Source: Actinomycetota bacterium
Lineage (GTDB): Bacteria > Actinomycetota > Actinomycetes > S36-B12
Length of the DNA stretch: 46,035 nt
Reading direction: 5' to 3'
NCBI GenBank assembly: GCA_009699465.1
Contig: WLOE01000003.1
Coordinates: 1-46,035, forward strand
Shown here: in pieces, positions 34,385-43,373 of the stretch
How the letters are laid out: each line of letters starts with the position of its first letter
How positions within the stretch are numbered: the stretch's first letter is position 1
Translations under genes and position numbers: made by a program
The notes under the pieces: model-generated
What the model was told of the DNA's origin: nothing
What the model saw: the letters and a program-made list of their open reading frames with translations, nothing else
The model's database searches: none

Positions 34385-35194
34385 TTAACCGAGAACGACT
34401 CGGCGGGCTTGCTCTAACTTGGCGGCGACAGTGCCATCGATGACTTCATCGCCAACCTTGACGTACACGCCGCCGAGGACACTTTCATCCACAGCAACGT
34501 TGAGGCGAACTGTCGTGCCCTTCAAGCGGCTCAACACATCGGCAAGGCGACGTGATTGATCTGCATCAAGGGGACGAGCAACCCGAACCTCGGCAACCAC
34601 ACGCTCGCGTTGACGAGCAGCAAGGTCGCAAAGATGTTCGATTACTGAATCAAGGCGTCGACCGTGGAGATTTCCCACGATAAACGCCAATACTGATTCA
34701 GTTGCGGCAGTGCCACGGCCTGCAAGCAGGTCGCGAACAATTGCTGCTTTTGAGGCGGCTGTTGTTGCTGGATTCGTGAGCGCCATTTGCAGGTCAGAAG
34801 ACTCATCGATTGCGCGCCCGAAGAGGAAAATTTCTTCTTCGGTGGCATCGAGTTGCCCATTGGCATCTGCAACAGCAAATGCGGCCTGGCAACCGAGTTC
34901 CTCAAGTGCAAGCACAAGGTCTTGATCTGTTGACCAACGGTCAGCAACGACATCAGCAACGACATCAGTAGCCAGCGCGCTCACACGAGATCCAAAGACT
35001 TCACGAGCAAGGGCATCACGGGCTTGCACTGATTGACCTGAGTCAGCCAATGCATTGCGTAATTGCTTCTCACGGCCAAGGAGGTCAGCAACAGAAAACA
35101 ACTCTGCAGCCAAGCTCTCAAAGCCCGCGCTTGCGCGACGGGCCTCAAGGGCTGTTCCTTGGTGGGTAAGCGAACCCCGGCTAGCTCCAAGCAT
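34385..35194 (-). CDS. atpH: ATP synthase delta subunit (long actinobacterial form)
   Basis: 269 aa, RWS motif, C-terminal VLGG...VGDEVIDGT; between atpF and atpA. Confidence 0.95.
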   Translation of the reverse strand: MLGASRGSLTHQGTALEARRASAGFESLAAELFSVADLLGREKQLRNALADSGQSVQARDALAREVFGSRVSALATDVVADVVADRWSTDQDLVLALEELGCQAAFAVADANGQLDATEEEIFLFGRAIDESSDLQMALTNPATTAASKAAIVRDLLAGRGTAATESVLAFIVGNLHGRRLDSVIEHLCDLAARQRERVVAEVRVARPLDADQSRRLADVLSRLKGTTVRLNVAVDESVLGGVYVKVGDEVIDGTVAAKLEQARRVVLG

Positions 35195-35754
35195 CAGCGC
35201 GCCACCTGCTGATCAAGATCGTTGATGAAGTCTTCAACGGTTTGGCGAACGCGAGCATCATCGGTGAGCGAAACGCCCACGACCTTGCCAGCCAAACCGA
35301 CAGCGAGTTCGCCAACTTGGCGGGTGAGTGAAGCAGTGGCTTGTGCACGGTCTGCAGCAAGCTGTGCCTCCGCAGCAGTCGTAACCGCTTGAGCAGCAAC
35401 ACGGGCCTCATTGCGAGCTTCCTCAATGATGGCCGTGCGGTCAGCCTGCGCCTGCGTGCGAATTGCCGAAGCTTCTTCGCGTGCAGCTGCGAGCTGTGCC
35501 TTGTATTCCTCAAGCACCTGCTGTGCCTCGGCCTGTGCAGCTTCTGCACGACCGATGCCACCCTCAATGGTGTTGGTGCGCTCGTCGAGCGTCTTCTTAA
35601 TCGCAGGGAGTGCCAACTTGCCCAGCACACCGAACACGACGAAGAAAGCGATCAAACCGATGATTAATTCATCGATCGGCACCGAGAGCACAGAAGGCAT
35701 TTCTTCTGCGCCACCCGAGGCGATGACCGCCACCGAAGCAAAAAGGTTTGTCAC
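35194..35754 (-). CDS. atpF: ATP synthase Fo b subunit
   Basis: N-terminal TM, P-I---LDER---I motif, Ala/Glu coiled coil; GTG start with GAAGGGG RBS. Confidence 0.95.
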   Translation of the reverse strand: MTNLFASVAVIASGGAEEMPSVLSVPIDELIIGLIAFFVVFGVLGKLALPAIKKTLDERTNTIEGGIGRAEAAQAEAQQVLEEYKAQLAAAREEASAIRTQAQADRTAIIEEARNEARVAAQAVTTAAEAQLAADRAQATASLTRQVGELAVGLAGKVVGVSLTDDARVRQTVEDFINDLDQQVAR

Positions 35755-35776
35755 GGGGTGACCCCTTCAGGTTTAC

Positions 35777-35794
35777 ACCTGCATTGCTGCAGGT
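35777..35794 (-). other. GNRA-tetraloop hairpin between atpE and atpF
   Basis: Transcript reads ACCUGCA-GCAA-UGCAGGU, a 7-bp perfect stem with a GCAA loop. Confidence 0.6.
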
Positions 35795-35803
35795 TTGCGA
35801 GGA

Positions 35804-36932
<1,129 letters not shown>

Positions 36933-36953
36933 CGGAATCCTCCAGGTACATCA

Positions 36954-37310
36954 TCACGATGACGAGTCATTCGTGCGATTGGTATAACGCTTGTGTTCTT
37001 TTGCTAGTCCACTAAAGATCAAGACGTATGACAGTGCCAGGCCAATCATTGCCCCGACAGCCATCAGAATTGCCTGATGCCCGATCCACAACGACAGCAA
37101 CCAGCCCAGGCCGGTGTAGCAAATCAAACCGGCACCAATACGACTGGTGATTGTCCAAGCAGAGTCAGCCAACTCTCGCGAATCTTCCAACGAGACAGAC
37201 TGTTTTCCAGCGGGTGAACCGTACCACCCTGAGCGGGGTGGGAACCGCCGAGGTGCGGCAGTTAGTTTCGCCACATCATCGGCGCCTTGGAAGTGCGCAG
37301 GCGTGCTCAT
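36954..37310 (-). CDS. AtpZ/ATPase gene-1-like small membrane protein
   Basis: AWTITSRIGAGLICYTGLGWLL plus a second TM; immediately upstream of atpB; ATGA overlap with the preceding gene. Confidence 0.75.
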   Translation of the reverse strand: MSTPAHFQGADDVAKLTAAPRRFPPRSGWYGSPAGKQSVSLEDSRELADSAWTITSRIGAGLICYTGLGWLLSLWIGHQAILMAVGAMIGLALSYVLIFSGLAKEHKRYTNRTNDSSS

Positions 37311-37714
37311 TTACCCACCTGTGGTTCCACGTAGAGAACCTTAGTTTTTCCATAAACCCAGACTTCCGCGACTGTCCAGGCAACGGTGCAAGCAACAACA
37401 GTGAGCGCAAACACCTTGGTATTAAAGGCAGTTGTATCCGCAAACACAATGATGATGACGAAAAGTACGCCAATCTTGAGCAAATAGGTCAACAGCGCAA
37501 CCGTCATTGCCATCTCAGGTGCATTTTTCATCACACCGGCGATGACGAGTTGACCAACGCTGAAAAAGACCAGAACCAAGACAGCTGCGAAGACCGCTCC
37601 AATGAACCCAGATGAGCCAGCGAAGATTCCACCCAAAATGATGGCCAAGATGCCAACGCTTGCAGTCAGAATTCCTGCGGTACGAAGTACCGGAACTCCC
37701 GAAGCGGTAGACAC
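37307..37714 (-). CDS. AtpI-like four-TM protein
   Basis: 135 aa, four hydrophobic helices, TYLLKI motif, positioned between wecA and atpB. Confidence 0.8.
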   Translation of the reverse strand: MSTASGVPVLRTAGILTASVGILAIILGGIFAGSSGFIGAVFAAVLVLVFFSVGQLVIAGVMKNAPEMAMTVALLTYLLKIGVLFVIIIVFADTTAFNTKVFALTVVACTVAWTVAEVWVYGKTKVLYVEPQVGK

Positions 37715-37724
37715 AACGGTGACG

Positions 37725-38846
37725 TTATCGCACTGCGCCGGTGCGCATGAGGTCAGTAGAGGTGGCCTTGCTCACGCTGGGGCGCTTCACTGCCCAAATC
37801 AATATCCCTAATCCGATCACAAAGCCAATGGCGGCATAGACGAACGGGATAAATGCGACAGCCACTGCCGTGCCAGCGATCAATCCGGTCCACGCATACA
37901 TCAAGAAAGCCGCACGGATTTGAGAGTGACCCATTTCCAATAGGCGGTGATGCAAATGTTGTTTATCAGGCGAGAACGGATTCTTGCCTGCCCTAGTGCG
38001 CCGAATTACTGCCATCACCAGATCAATGAGTGGAATCGCCATCACGGCCAGCGGAATGATCAGCGGCAATAAGGTCGGCAAGAGCGCCGGACCAGCGACC
38101 ACGCTTGGATCAATCTGGCCGGTCAACGTAATAGTGGCTGCGGCAAGGAGCAGACCTAAAAGCATCGAACCGGTATCCCCCATGAAAATTCGGGCCCGGT
38201 AAAAATTGTGCGGCAGGAATCCCACGGCCATACCAAACAACAACGCGGATACCAACGTTGCAAGTGTTGCTCGAGCAATCCCAAGTTCAACGGAAAGTAA
38301 ATACGAGTAAGCAAAGAAAGCACCGGCGGCTACTGCGACGATGCCGGCGGCTAAACCATCGAGTCCATCAACAAAGTTCACTGCGTTGATACAGACCAAC
38401 ACAATGATCACTGTGAGCAACACACTCGTGACCGGGTCCACGACGAACGTTCCACCAAATGGCAGCCAAATCACCGAGATACCTTGTGCTGCCATCAGAC
38501 CCGCAGCGAGCACTTGCCCAGCAAGTTTTACGGGTGCATCTAAGCCCCACTTGTCGTCAACGATGCCTAGCAGGACGATCACCGTTGCGCCAGAAATTAA
38601 CGCCATCGGAGTATCAGCCTGACCAAACACTGAACCCATCTTCGGCAACTTGCTCGCAAGTAACAAACCTGTGAGCAAGCCGAAGAACATTGCCAAGCCA
38701 CCAAGACGGGGCGTTGGTTCTGCGTGCACATCGCGATCGCGAACAGCCGCCATCACTTTGAATCGAAGTGCAATCCGCTCAACCACGGGGGTCGTTAAGT
38801 AGGTGACTGCCGCAGCAGCCAACAAACAGAGCAGATATTCGCGCAT
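37725..38846 (-). CDS. wecA: Undecaprenyl/decaprenyl-phosphate GlcNAc-1-phosphate transferase (WecA/TagO/Rfe, MraY-like GT4)
   Basis: RDVH, PRLGG, GIVDD, NAVNFVDGLDGL, IFMGDTGS, PDKQHLHHRL; start set to ATG 38846. Confidence 0.92.
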   Translation of the reverse strand: MREYLLCLLAAAAVTYLTTPVVERIALRFKVMAAVRDRDVHAEPTPRLGGLAMFFGLLTGLLLASKLPKMGSVFGQADTPMALISGATVIVLLGIVDDKWGLDAPVKLAGQVLAAGLMAAQGISVIWLPFGGTFVVDPVTSVLLTVIIVLVCINAVNFVDGLDGLAAGIVAVAAGAFFAYSYLLSVELGIARATLATLVSALLFGMAVGFLPHNFYRARIFMGDTGSMLLGLLLAAATITLTGQIDPSVVAGPALLPTLLPLIIPLAVMAIPLIDLVMAVIRRTRAGKNPFSPDKQHLHHRLLEMGHSQIRAAFLMYAWTGLIAGTAVAVAFIPFVYAAIGFVIGLGILIWAVKRPSVSKATSTDLMRTGAVR

Positions 38847-38853
38847 GTGACCT

Positions 38854-40119
38854 CTAGCGCGCGTACGCCGGGAATCGACTTGTGAGTTCGCTGACGCGTG
38901 CAGCAATCTCCGGAGCTTTACTTCCATCAACATCGCGCACTGCTTCACCAATAGCCGAAGCAATAACTGACATTTCTGGAACGCCCATACCTTGGGTTGT
39001 CACCGCTGGAGTACCAACGCGAATACCTGATGCAACTGCAGGCGGTTGTGGGTCATACGGAATTGCGTTCTTGTTCAACGTAATGCGAGCAGCGTCACAG
39101 CGAGCTTCTGCATCAGTGCCGTTGACACCAATACCCTGAAGATCAATGAGTGCCAAGTGTGTATCCGTTCCACCACTGACAGGGCGCATGCCTTCAGCTG
39201 CAAGTCCGGCTGCTAGCGCCTGCGCATTTGCAATCACTTGCTTTGCATATGCCTGATATTCAGGCGTTGCAGCTTCCTTCAATGCAACAGCCTTACCTGC
39301 AACTGCGTGCATCAATGGCCCGCCTTGCATCATTGGGAAGACAGCCTTATCGATAGCAGCAGCGTGCTCTGCCTTGCAAAGGATCATGCCACCGCGTGGG
39401 CCGCGCATGACTTTATGCGTGGTGAAACTTACGACGTCCGCGTACGGCACAGGGCTTGGAATTGCCTTACCTGCAACAAGTCCAATGAAGTGCGCAGCAT
39501 CCACCATCATGATTGCGCCGACCTCATCACAGATTGAACGGAAGGCTGCAAAGTCGATCAAACGTGGGTATGCAGTTGCACCACAGATGATCATCTTTGG
39601 CTTATGTTGAATTGCGAGTGCGCGCACTTCGTCATAGTCAATCTGTTCGGTGTCTTGACGCACACCATAAGAAACGATGTTGAACCATTTACCAGAGAAG
39701 TTCACCTTCGAGCCATGGGTGAGGTGACCACCGTGAGGAAGGCTCATCGCCATCACCGTGTCGCCTGGCTTTGTGAATGCTCCATACACGGCGATATTCG
39801 CACTCGCACCACTATGCGGTTGCAAGTTGGCATGCTCAGCACCGAAGAGTTCCTTCGCCCGCGCAATACCAATGTTTTCGGCAATATCTACTTCCGCACA
39901 GCCACCGTAGTAACGCTTGCCTGGATAGCCCTCGGCGTACTTATTGCTCAGGATCGAACCAAGAGTGGCCAGGACAGCAGGTGAGGTGAAGTTCTCAGAT
40001 GCAATGAGCTGAAGACCACCACGCACTCGCTCAAGCTCAGCCAACAAGACATTGGCGATTTCGGGATCTTCCTGCGCAAGCGCATTGAAGTCAGGTCCCC
40101 AGAACGGCGTGGTGCTCAT
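38854..40119 (-). CDS. glyA: Serine hydroxymethyltransferase
   Basis: LIASEN, NKYAEGYPGKRYYGG, GGHLTHG, PLP Lys in TTHK, SGIRVGT; AAGGAG RBS and TAGAAT -10 at 40147-40152. Confidence 0.98.
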   Translation of the reverse strand: MSTTPFWGPDFNALAQEDPEIANVLLAELERVRGGLQLIASENFTSPAVLATLGSILSNKYAEGYPGKRYYGGCAEVDIAENIGIARAKELFGAEHANLQPHSGASANIAVYGAFTKPGDTVMAMSLPHGGHLTHGSKVNFSGKWFNIVSYGVRQDTEQIDYDEVRALAIQHKPKMIICGATAYPRLIDFAAFRSICDEVGAIMMVDAAHFIGLVAGKAIPSPVPYADVVSFTTHKVMRGPRGGMILCKAEHAAAIDKAVFPMMQGGPLMHAVAGKAVALKEAATPEYQAYAKQVIANAQALAAGLAAEGMRPVSGGTDTHLALIDLQGIGVNGTDAEARCDAARITLNKNAIPYDPQPPAVASGIRVGTPAVTTQGMGVPEMSVIASAIGEAVRDVDGSKAPEIAARVSELTSRFPAYAR

Positions 40120-40212
40120 GACACTCCTTGTGAAGGTGAAGGTCTCATTCTACGCGGCTTACAAAGGTGCGCCTTTATCGAACATCCCGCAAGCCCAAGG
40201 GAAATCCGCGGA

Positions 40213-40848
40213 CTATTGAAGTTCAGGCAGCAATTCACGCAGAAGTGTGACTGACAGCGCACCTTCGCGCACCACCTTTGGAGTCACACCAGTCACATCA
40301 ATCACAGTGCTGGTGAGTTCGTCGTCGCCCAGGGTTCCGAGATCAATGCCCACTGACGCACAATCACCAAGCTGTTTGATTGCTTCATCAAGGCTTTTGG
40401 GAGCACTTCCACCAGCGGCATTTGCGGCGGTGACCACCATCGGGCCGGTGCGCTCCAAGATTGCCAAGGTCAGCGGGTGAATCGGCATCCGGACTGCAAC
40501 AGGCAACCCTGTGGGCAAATCCCACGCCAACGAAGGTTGACTCGGCAGTAGCAGTGTCATCGGTCCAGGCCAGAAAGCCTGCATTAACGCTTGAACGGTT
40601 CCAGTCACTCCGGTCGCAATACCTTGCACCGTTTGGGCACCGGGAACCATCAACGGCAGTGGTGAGCCTTCCGGCTGGCCTTTGGCTGCGCGAATAGCTG
40701 CTACTCCCCTACGTGAAAAGGGATCTGTCGCCAAGGCGTACACCGATTCAGTTGGTAGCAAAACTAAATCGCCTCGTTTTACTGCGCTCACAGCAGCACT
40801 GATCGCGCGCTCACGCGAAGCACCAGCAACTCCCGACAAGGTCAACAT
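40213..40848 (-). CDS. TsaC/YrdC/Sua5-family protein with divergent active-site motifs
   Basis: PTESVY, AFWPGPMT, VAVRMP, STVID and the usual position after prmC; but KGQ instead of KxR and TAAN instead of SAN. Confidence 0.88.
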   Translation of the reverse strand: MLTLSGVAGASRERAISAAVSAVKRGDLVLLPTESVYALATDPFSRRGVAAIRAAKGQPEGSPLPLMVPGAQTVQGIATGVTGTVQALMQAFWPGPMTLLLPSQPSLAWDLPTGLPVAVRMPIHPLTLAILERTGPMVVTAANAAGGSAPKSLDEAIKQLGDCASVGIDLGTLGDDELTSTVIDVTGVTPKVVREGALSVTLLRELLPELQ

Positions 40849-40851
40849 GAA

Positions 40852-41835
40852 CTACACCCGACGGGCAATCGTGAATCGAGGTAGACCGTTGAGATCGATG
40901 CGATCCGCCACCTCTGTGAACACAGGCGTACCAGCAGGGATGCCTGTGATCGAAGCAATTTCAAAATCTGCGGTGTAAGCCTTGGTGATCCCTGGCACTC
41001 CACGCATCCCAGCATCTGTTCCTTGAACGTCAGCATGCTCAATCACCAATAACCCGCCTGGTGCCAACAAGATTGCCGCGGTGCGCAGCACTCCACGTAC
41101 GACATTAAGACCATCTTCACCGCCGTACAGCGCCATCTTTGGTTCGTGATCGCGAACTTCAATTTCACGCGGAATCATCGCATCGGGAATGTATGGGGGA
41201 TTACTGACGACCACTGAAACCTGGCCTGCAAGGCGCGCTAGCGGACGACCTGAATCTGCAACATGTTCGGCATCATCATGAATCACTTCAACACGTGATC
41301 CAGCAGCAGTAAGGACCTCCTCATGTGCCTCCACATTGCGCTGTGTCCAATTGATCGCATCGTCTGAGAACTCAACCGCGTGAATGCGTGAATTCTCAAC
41401 TTCCAACCCAAGAGAGATGGCGATGGCGCCACTGCCTGCACAGAGATCAACTCCGATGCGCGAACCAACGAGTTGTTCACGTAACTCGCGAATTGCTGCT
41501 TCTGCTACGAGTTCAGTTTCTGGGCGAGGAATGAAGACGCCAGGACCAACTTCTACATCAATGCGACGAAAACCTGTGGAACCCAATAAGTGTTGCAGAG
41601 GAACACGAGATAGGCGCTGCGTGAGCAACTGTTCAACATGGACGCGCTGCTCATCCGTGATGTCATCTTGAAGAATTAAACGATTACGTGGAATGCCAAG
41701 CGCATGGGAAACAATCCAAGCTGCATCAGCAGCAGGTGAAGGAATGCCAACTGCATTCAAACGACGTTCAGCGTCAAACAACATATCTCGCACAGTGGAG
41801 CGTCCACCTTGAGTGCGTTCAATGTCTACGCTCAC
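40852..41835 (-). CDS. prmC: Release factor glutamine methyltransferase
   Basis: [30 protein letters not shown]; GTGA overlap with the prfA stop. Confidence 0.96.
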   Translation of the reverse strand: MSVDIERTQGGRSTVRDMLFDAERRLNAVGIPSPAADAAWIVSHALGIPRNRLILQDDITDEQRVHVEQLLTQRLSRVPLQHLLGSTGFRRIDVEVGPGVFIPRPETELVAEAAIRELREQLVGSRIGVDLCAGSGAIAISLGLEVENSRIHAVEFSDDAINWTQRNVEAHEEVLTAAGSRVEVIHDDAEHVADSGRPLARLAGQVSVVVSNPPYIPDAMIPREIEVRDHEPKMALYGGEDGLNVVRGVLRTAAILLAPGGLLVIEHADVQGTDAGMRGVPGITKAYTADFEIASITGIPAGTPVFTEVADRIDLNGLPRFTIARRV

Positions 41836-42908
41836 GCTGCTCCCCCAGAGGAAAGTTTGGCTGCATTGTCGGCATCAATGCACGCTTGGATCACCGCATC
41901 AATATCGCCGTCAAGAATCTGATCAAGGTTGTGCGACTTAAAGCCCACACGGTGATCATTCAAACGATTTTCAGGGAAGTTGTAAGTACGAATGCGTTCA
42001 CTTCGGTCGACAGTGCGTACCTGTGAACGGCGCGCATCTGAGGCATCTTTCGCAGCAGCTTCTTCAGCAGCAGCTAGCAACCGAGCACGCAGAATTCGCA
42101 TGGCTGATTCCTTATTTTGCAACTGACTTTTTTCGTTCTGGCAAGAGACCACCACGCCAGTTGGAAGGTGCGTGATGCGTACTGCGCTGTCGGTGGTGTT
42201 CACACTCTGACCGCCTGGGCCTGATGAACGGTAAACGTCGATGCGCAAATCGTTTTGATCAATTTCAACTTCAACATCTTCGGCTTCTGGAAGCACGAGT
42301 ACGCCAGCTGCAGATGTGTGAATTCGACCTTGTGACTCAGTTGCGGGAACTCGCTGTACGCGGTGGACACCGCCTTCAAATTTCAAACGGGCAAAAGGAG
42401 TCTCCCCGGGCACAGGAACTCCACGAGTCTTTACTGCGATTGCAACATCTTTGTAGCCACCAAGATCGGACTCAACGGCTTCGATCACCTGGGTGATCCA
42501 TCCCCGACGCTCTGCGTATCGCAGATACATGCGAGCAAGGTCGCCGGCAAAGAGCGCTGATTCTTCGCCACCTTCACCTGATTTGATTTCCAAGATGACG
42601 TCCTTGTCATCCATCGGATCCCGAGGCAAGAGCAAGGTGGTGAGGTGTTCGGCAGCAAGCGCCTCCGCGTCAACTAATCCTGGGAGTTCAGCGGCGAAGG
42701 CTTCATCCTCTACCGCAAGTTCGCGAGCCGCAGCGACATCATCGGTCAGTGCCAACCATTGCTTGTAGGAGGACACCACCGGACCAAGCTCGGCATATCG
42801 ACGACCGAGCTTGCGTGCCAGCGTCTGATCGCCATGCACGGCCGGATCAGCTAACTGTTGCTCGAGGTCGGCGTATTCGCTGACTAACTCGGCACACGAC
42901 TCAAACAC
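41832..42908 (-). CDS. prfA: Peptide chain release factor 1
   Basis: PxT specificity motif (QRVPATE), GGQ ([10 protein letters not shown]), [11 protein letters not shown]; start set to GTG 42908. Confidence 0.98.
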   Translation of the reverse strand: MFESCAELVSEYADLEQQLADPAVHGDQTLARKLGRRYAELGPVVSSYKQWLALTDDVAAARELAVEDEAFAAELPGLVDAEALAAEHLTTLLLPRDPMDDKDVILEIKSGEGGEESALFAGDLARMYLRYAERRGWITQVIEAVESDLGGYKDVAIAVKTRGVPVPGETPFARLKFEGGVHRVQRVPATESQGRIHTSAAGVLVLPEAEDVEVEIDQNDLRIDVYRSSGPGGQSVNTTDSAVRITHLPTGVVVSCQNEKSQLQNKESAMRILRARLLAAAEEAAAKDASDARRSQVRTVDRSERIRTYNFPENRLNDHRVGFKSHNLDQILDGDIDAVIQACIDADNAAKLSSGGAA

Positions 42909-42940
42909 GGTGCGTCCTTCCAACAAGATCGAACATGAGG

Positions 42941-43008
42941 CCGGGCGCCGGTCTGGGGTCGACCGCGCGACGGGGGAGACACGCGGTCGACCCCAGGCCG
43001 GCGCCCGG
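42941..43008. repeat. 27-bp-arm GC-rich inverted repeat between rpmE and prfA
   Basis: CCGGGCGCCGGTCTGGGGTCGACCGCG (42941-42967) versus CGCGGTCGACCCCAGGCCGGCGCCCGG (42982-43008): 26/27 complementary, 14-nt loop. Confidence 0.92.
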
Positions 43009-43017
43009 GGTCAAAAA

Positions 43018-43242
43018 CTAGTTAGCTGCTTCTTCTTCTTTTTTGCCGAAACGCTTCTCGAAGCGAGCCACACGGCCGCCAGTGTCAAGAATCTTCTGCT
43101 TACCTGTGTAGAACGGGTGGCAGGCTGAACAAACGTCAGCGTGGATCGAGCCGTTCTTCGCAGTGCTACGGGTCACAAAGGTTTCGCCACAGGTGCACGT
43201 AACCGTTGTCTCAACGTATTCGGGATGAATGCCAGTCTTCAC
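43018..43242 (-). CDS. rpmE: 50S ribosomal protein L31, zinc-binding type
   Basis: [12 protein letters not shown] and CSAC zinc ligands, [15 protein letters not shown]; GTG start with AAGGAG RBS. Confidence 0.98.
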   Translation of the reverse strand: MKTGIHPEYVETTVTCTCGETFVTRSTAKNGSIHADVCSACHPFYTGKQKILDTGGRVARFEKRFGKKEEEAAN

Positions 43243-43257
43243 GAACTTCTCCTTGGT

Positions 43258-43304
43258 ATGTCCCGGGTCGGATACCCACGATGGCGGGACCGTGAACCGG
43301 GTCA
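43258..43304 (-). ncRNA. Putative L31 ribosomal-protein leader (actinobacterial type)
   Basis: Transcript CCCGG-UUCA-CGG...CCCGC-CAUC-GUGGG...CCG-AC-CCGGG forms a hairpin with an internal loop between the promoter and RBS; the CCGGUUCAC...GACCC pattern matches my recollection of actinobacterial rpmE leaders. Confidence 0.65.
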
Positions 43305-43310
43305 GATGTA

Positions 43311-43319
43311 ATTATGCCA
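43311..43319 (-). promoter_or_regulatory. Extended -10 promoter of rpmE
   Basis: Minus strand TGG-CATAAT directly upstream of the leader hairpin. Confidence 0.6.
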
Positions 43320-43373
43320 CTGGCCCCCCGATCCGCGAAATGCGGACTGGAAGGGCCAGCGGTGATGAGGCTT

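Noticed and set aside
33761-34417. 218-aa plus-strand ORF opposite atpA, and similar ones across the atp operon
   Set aside because: Typical antisense frames produced by strong codon bias in highly expressed genes.
40120-40212. ZMP/ZTP or glycine riboswitch upstream of glyA; short palindrome AAAGG-TGCG-CCTTT at 40163-40176
   Set aside because: The -10 at 40147-40152 leaves only about 20 nt of leader and no riboswitch consensus is visible; a 5-bp palindrome is within chance.
42941-43008. Inverted repeat as a MITE or IS remnant
   Set aside because: No target-site duplication or transposase; long hairpins after rpmE are plausible ordinary RNA elements.
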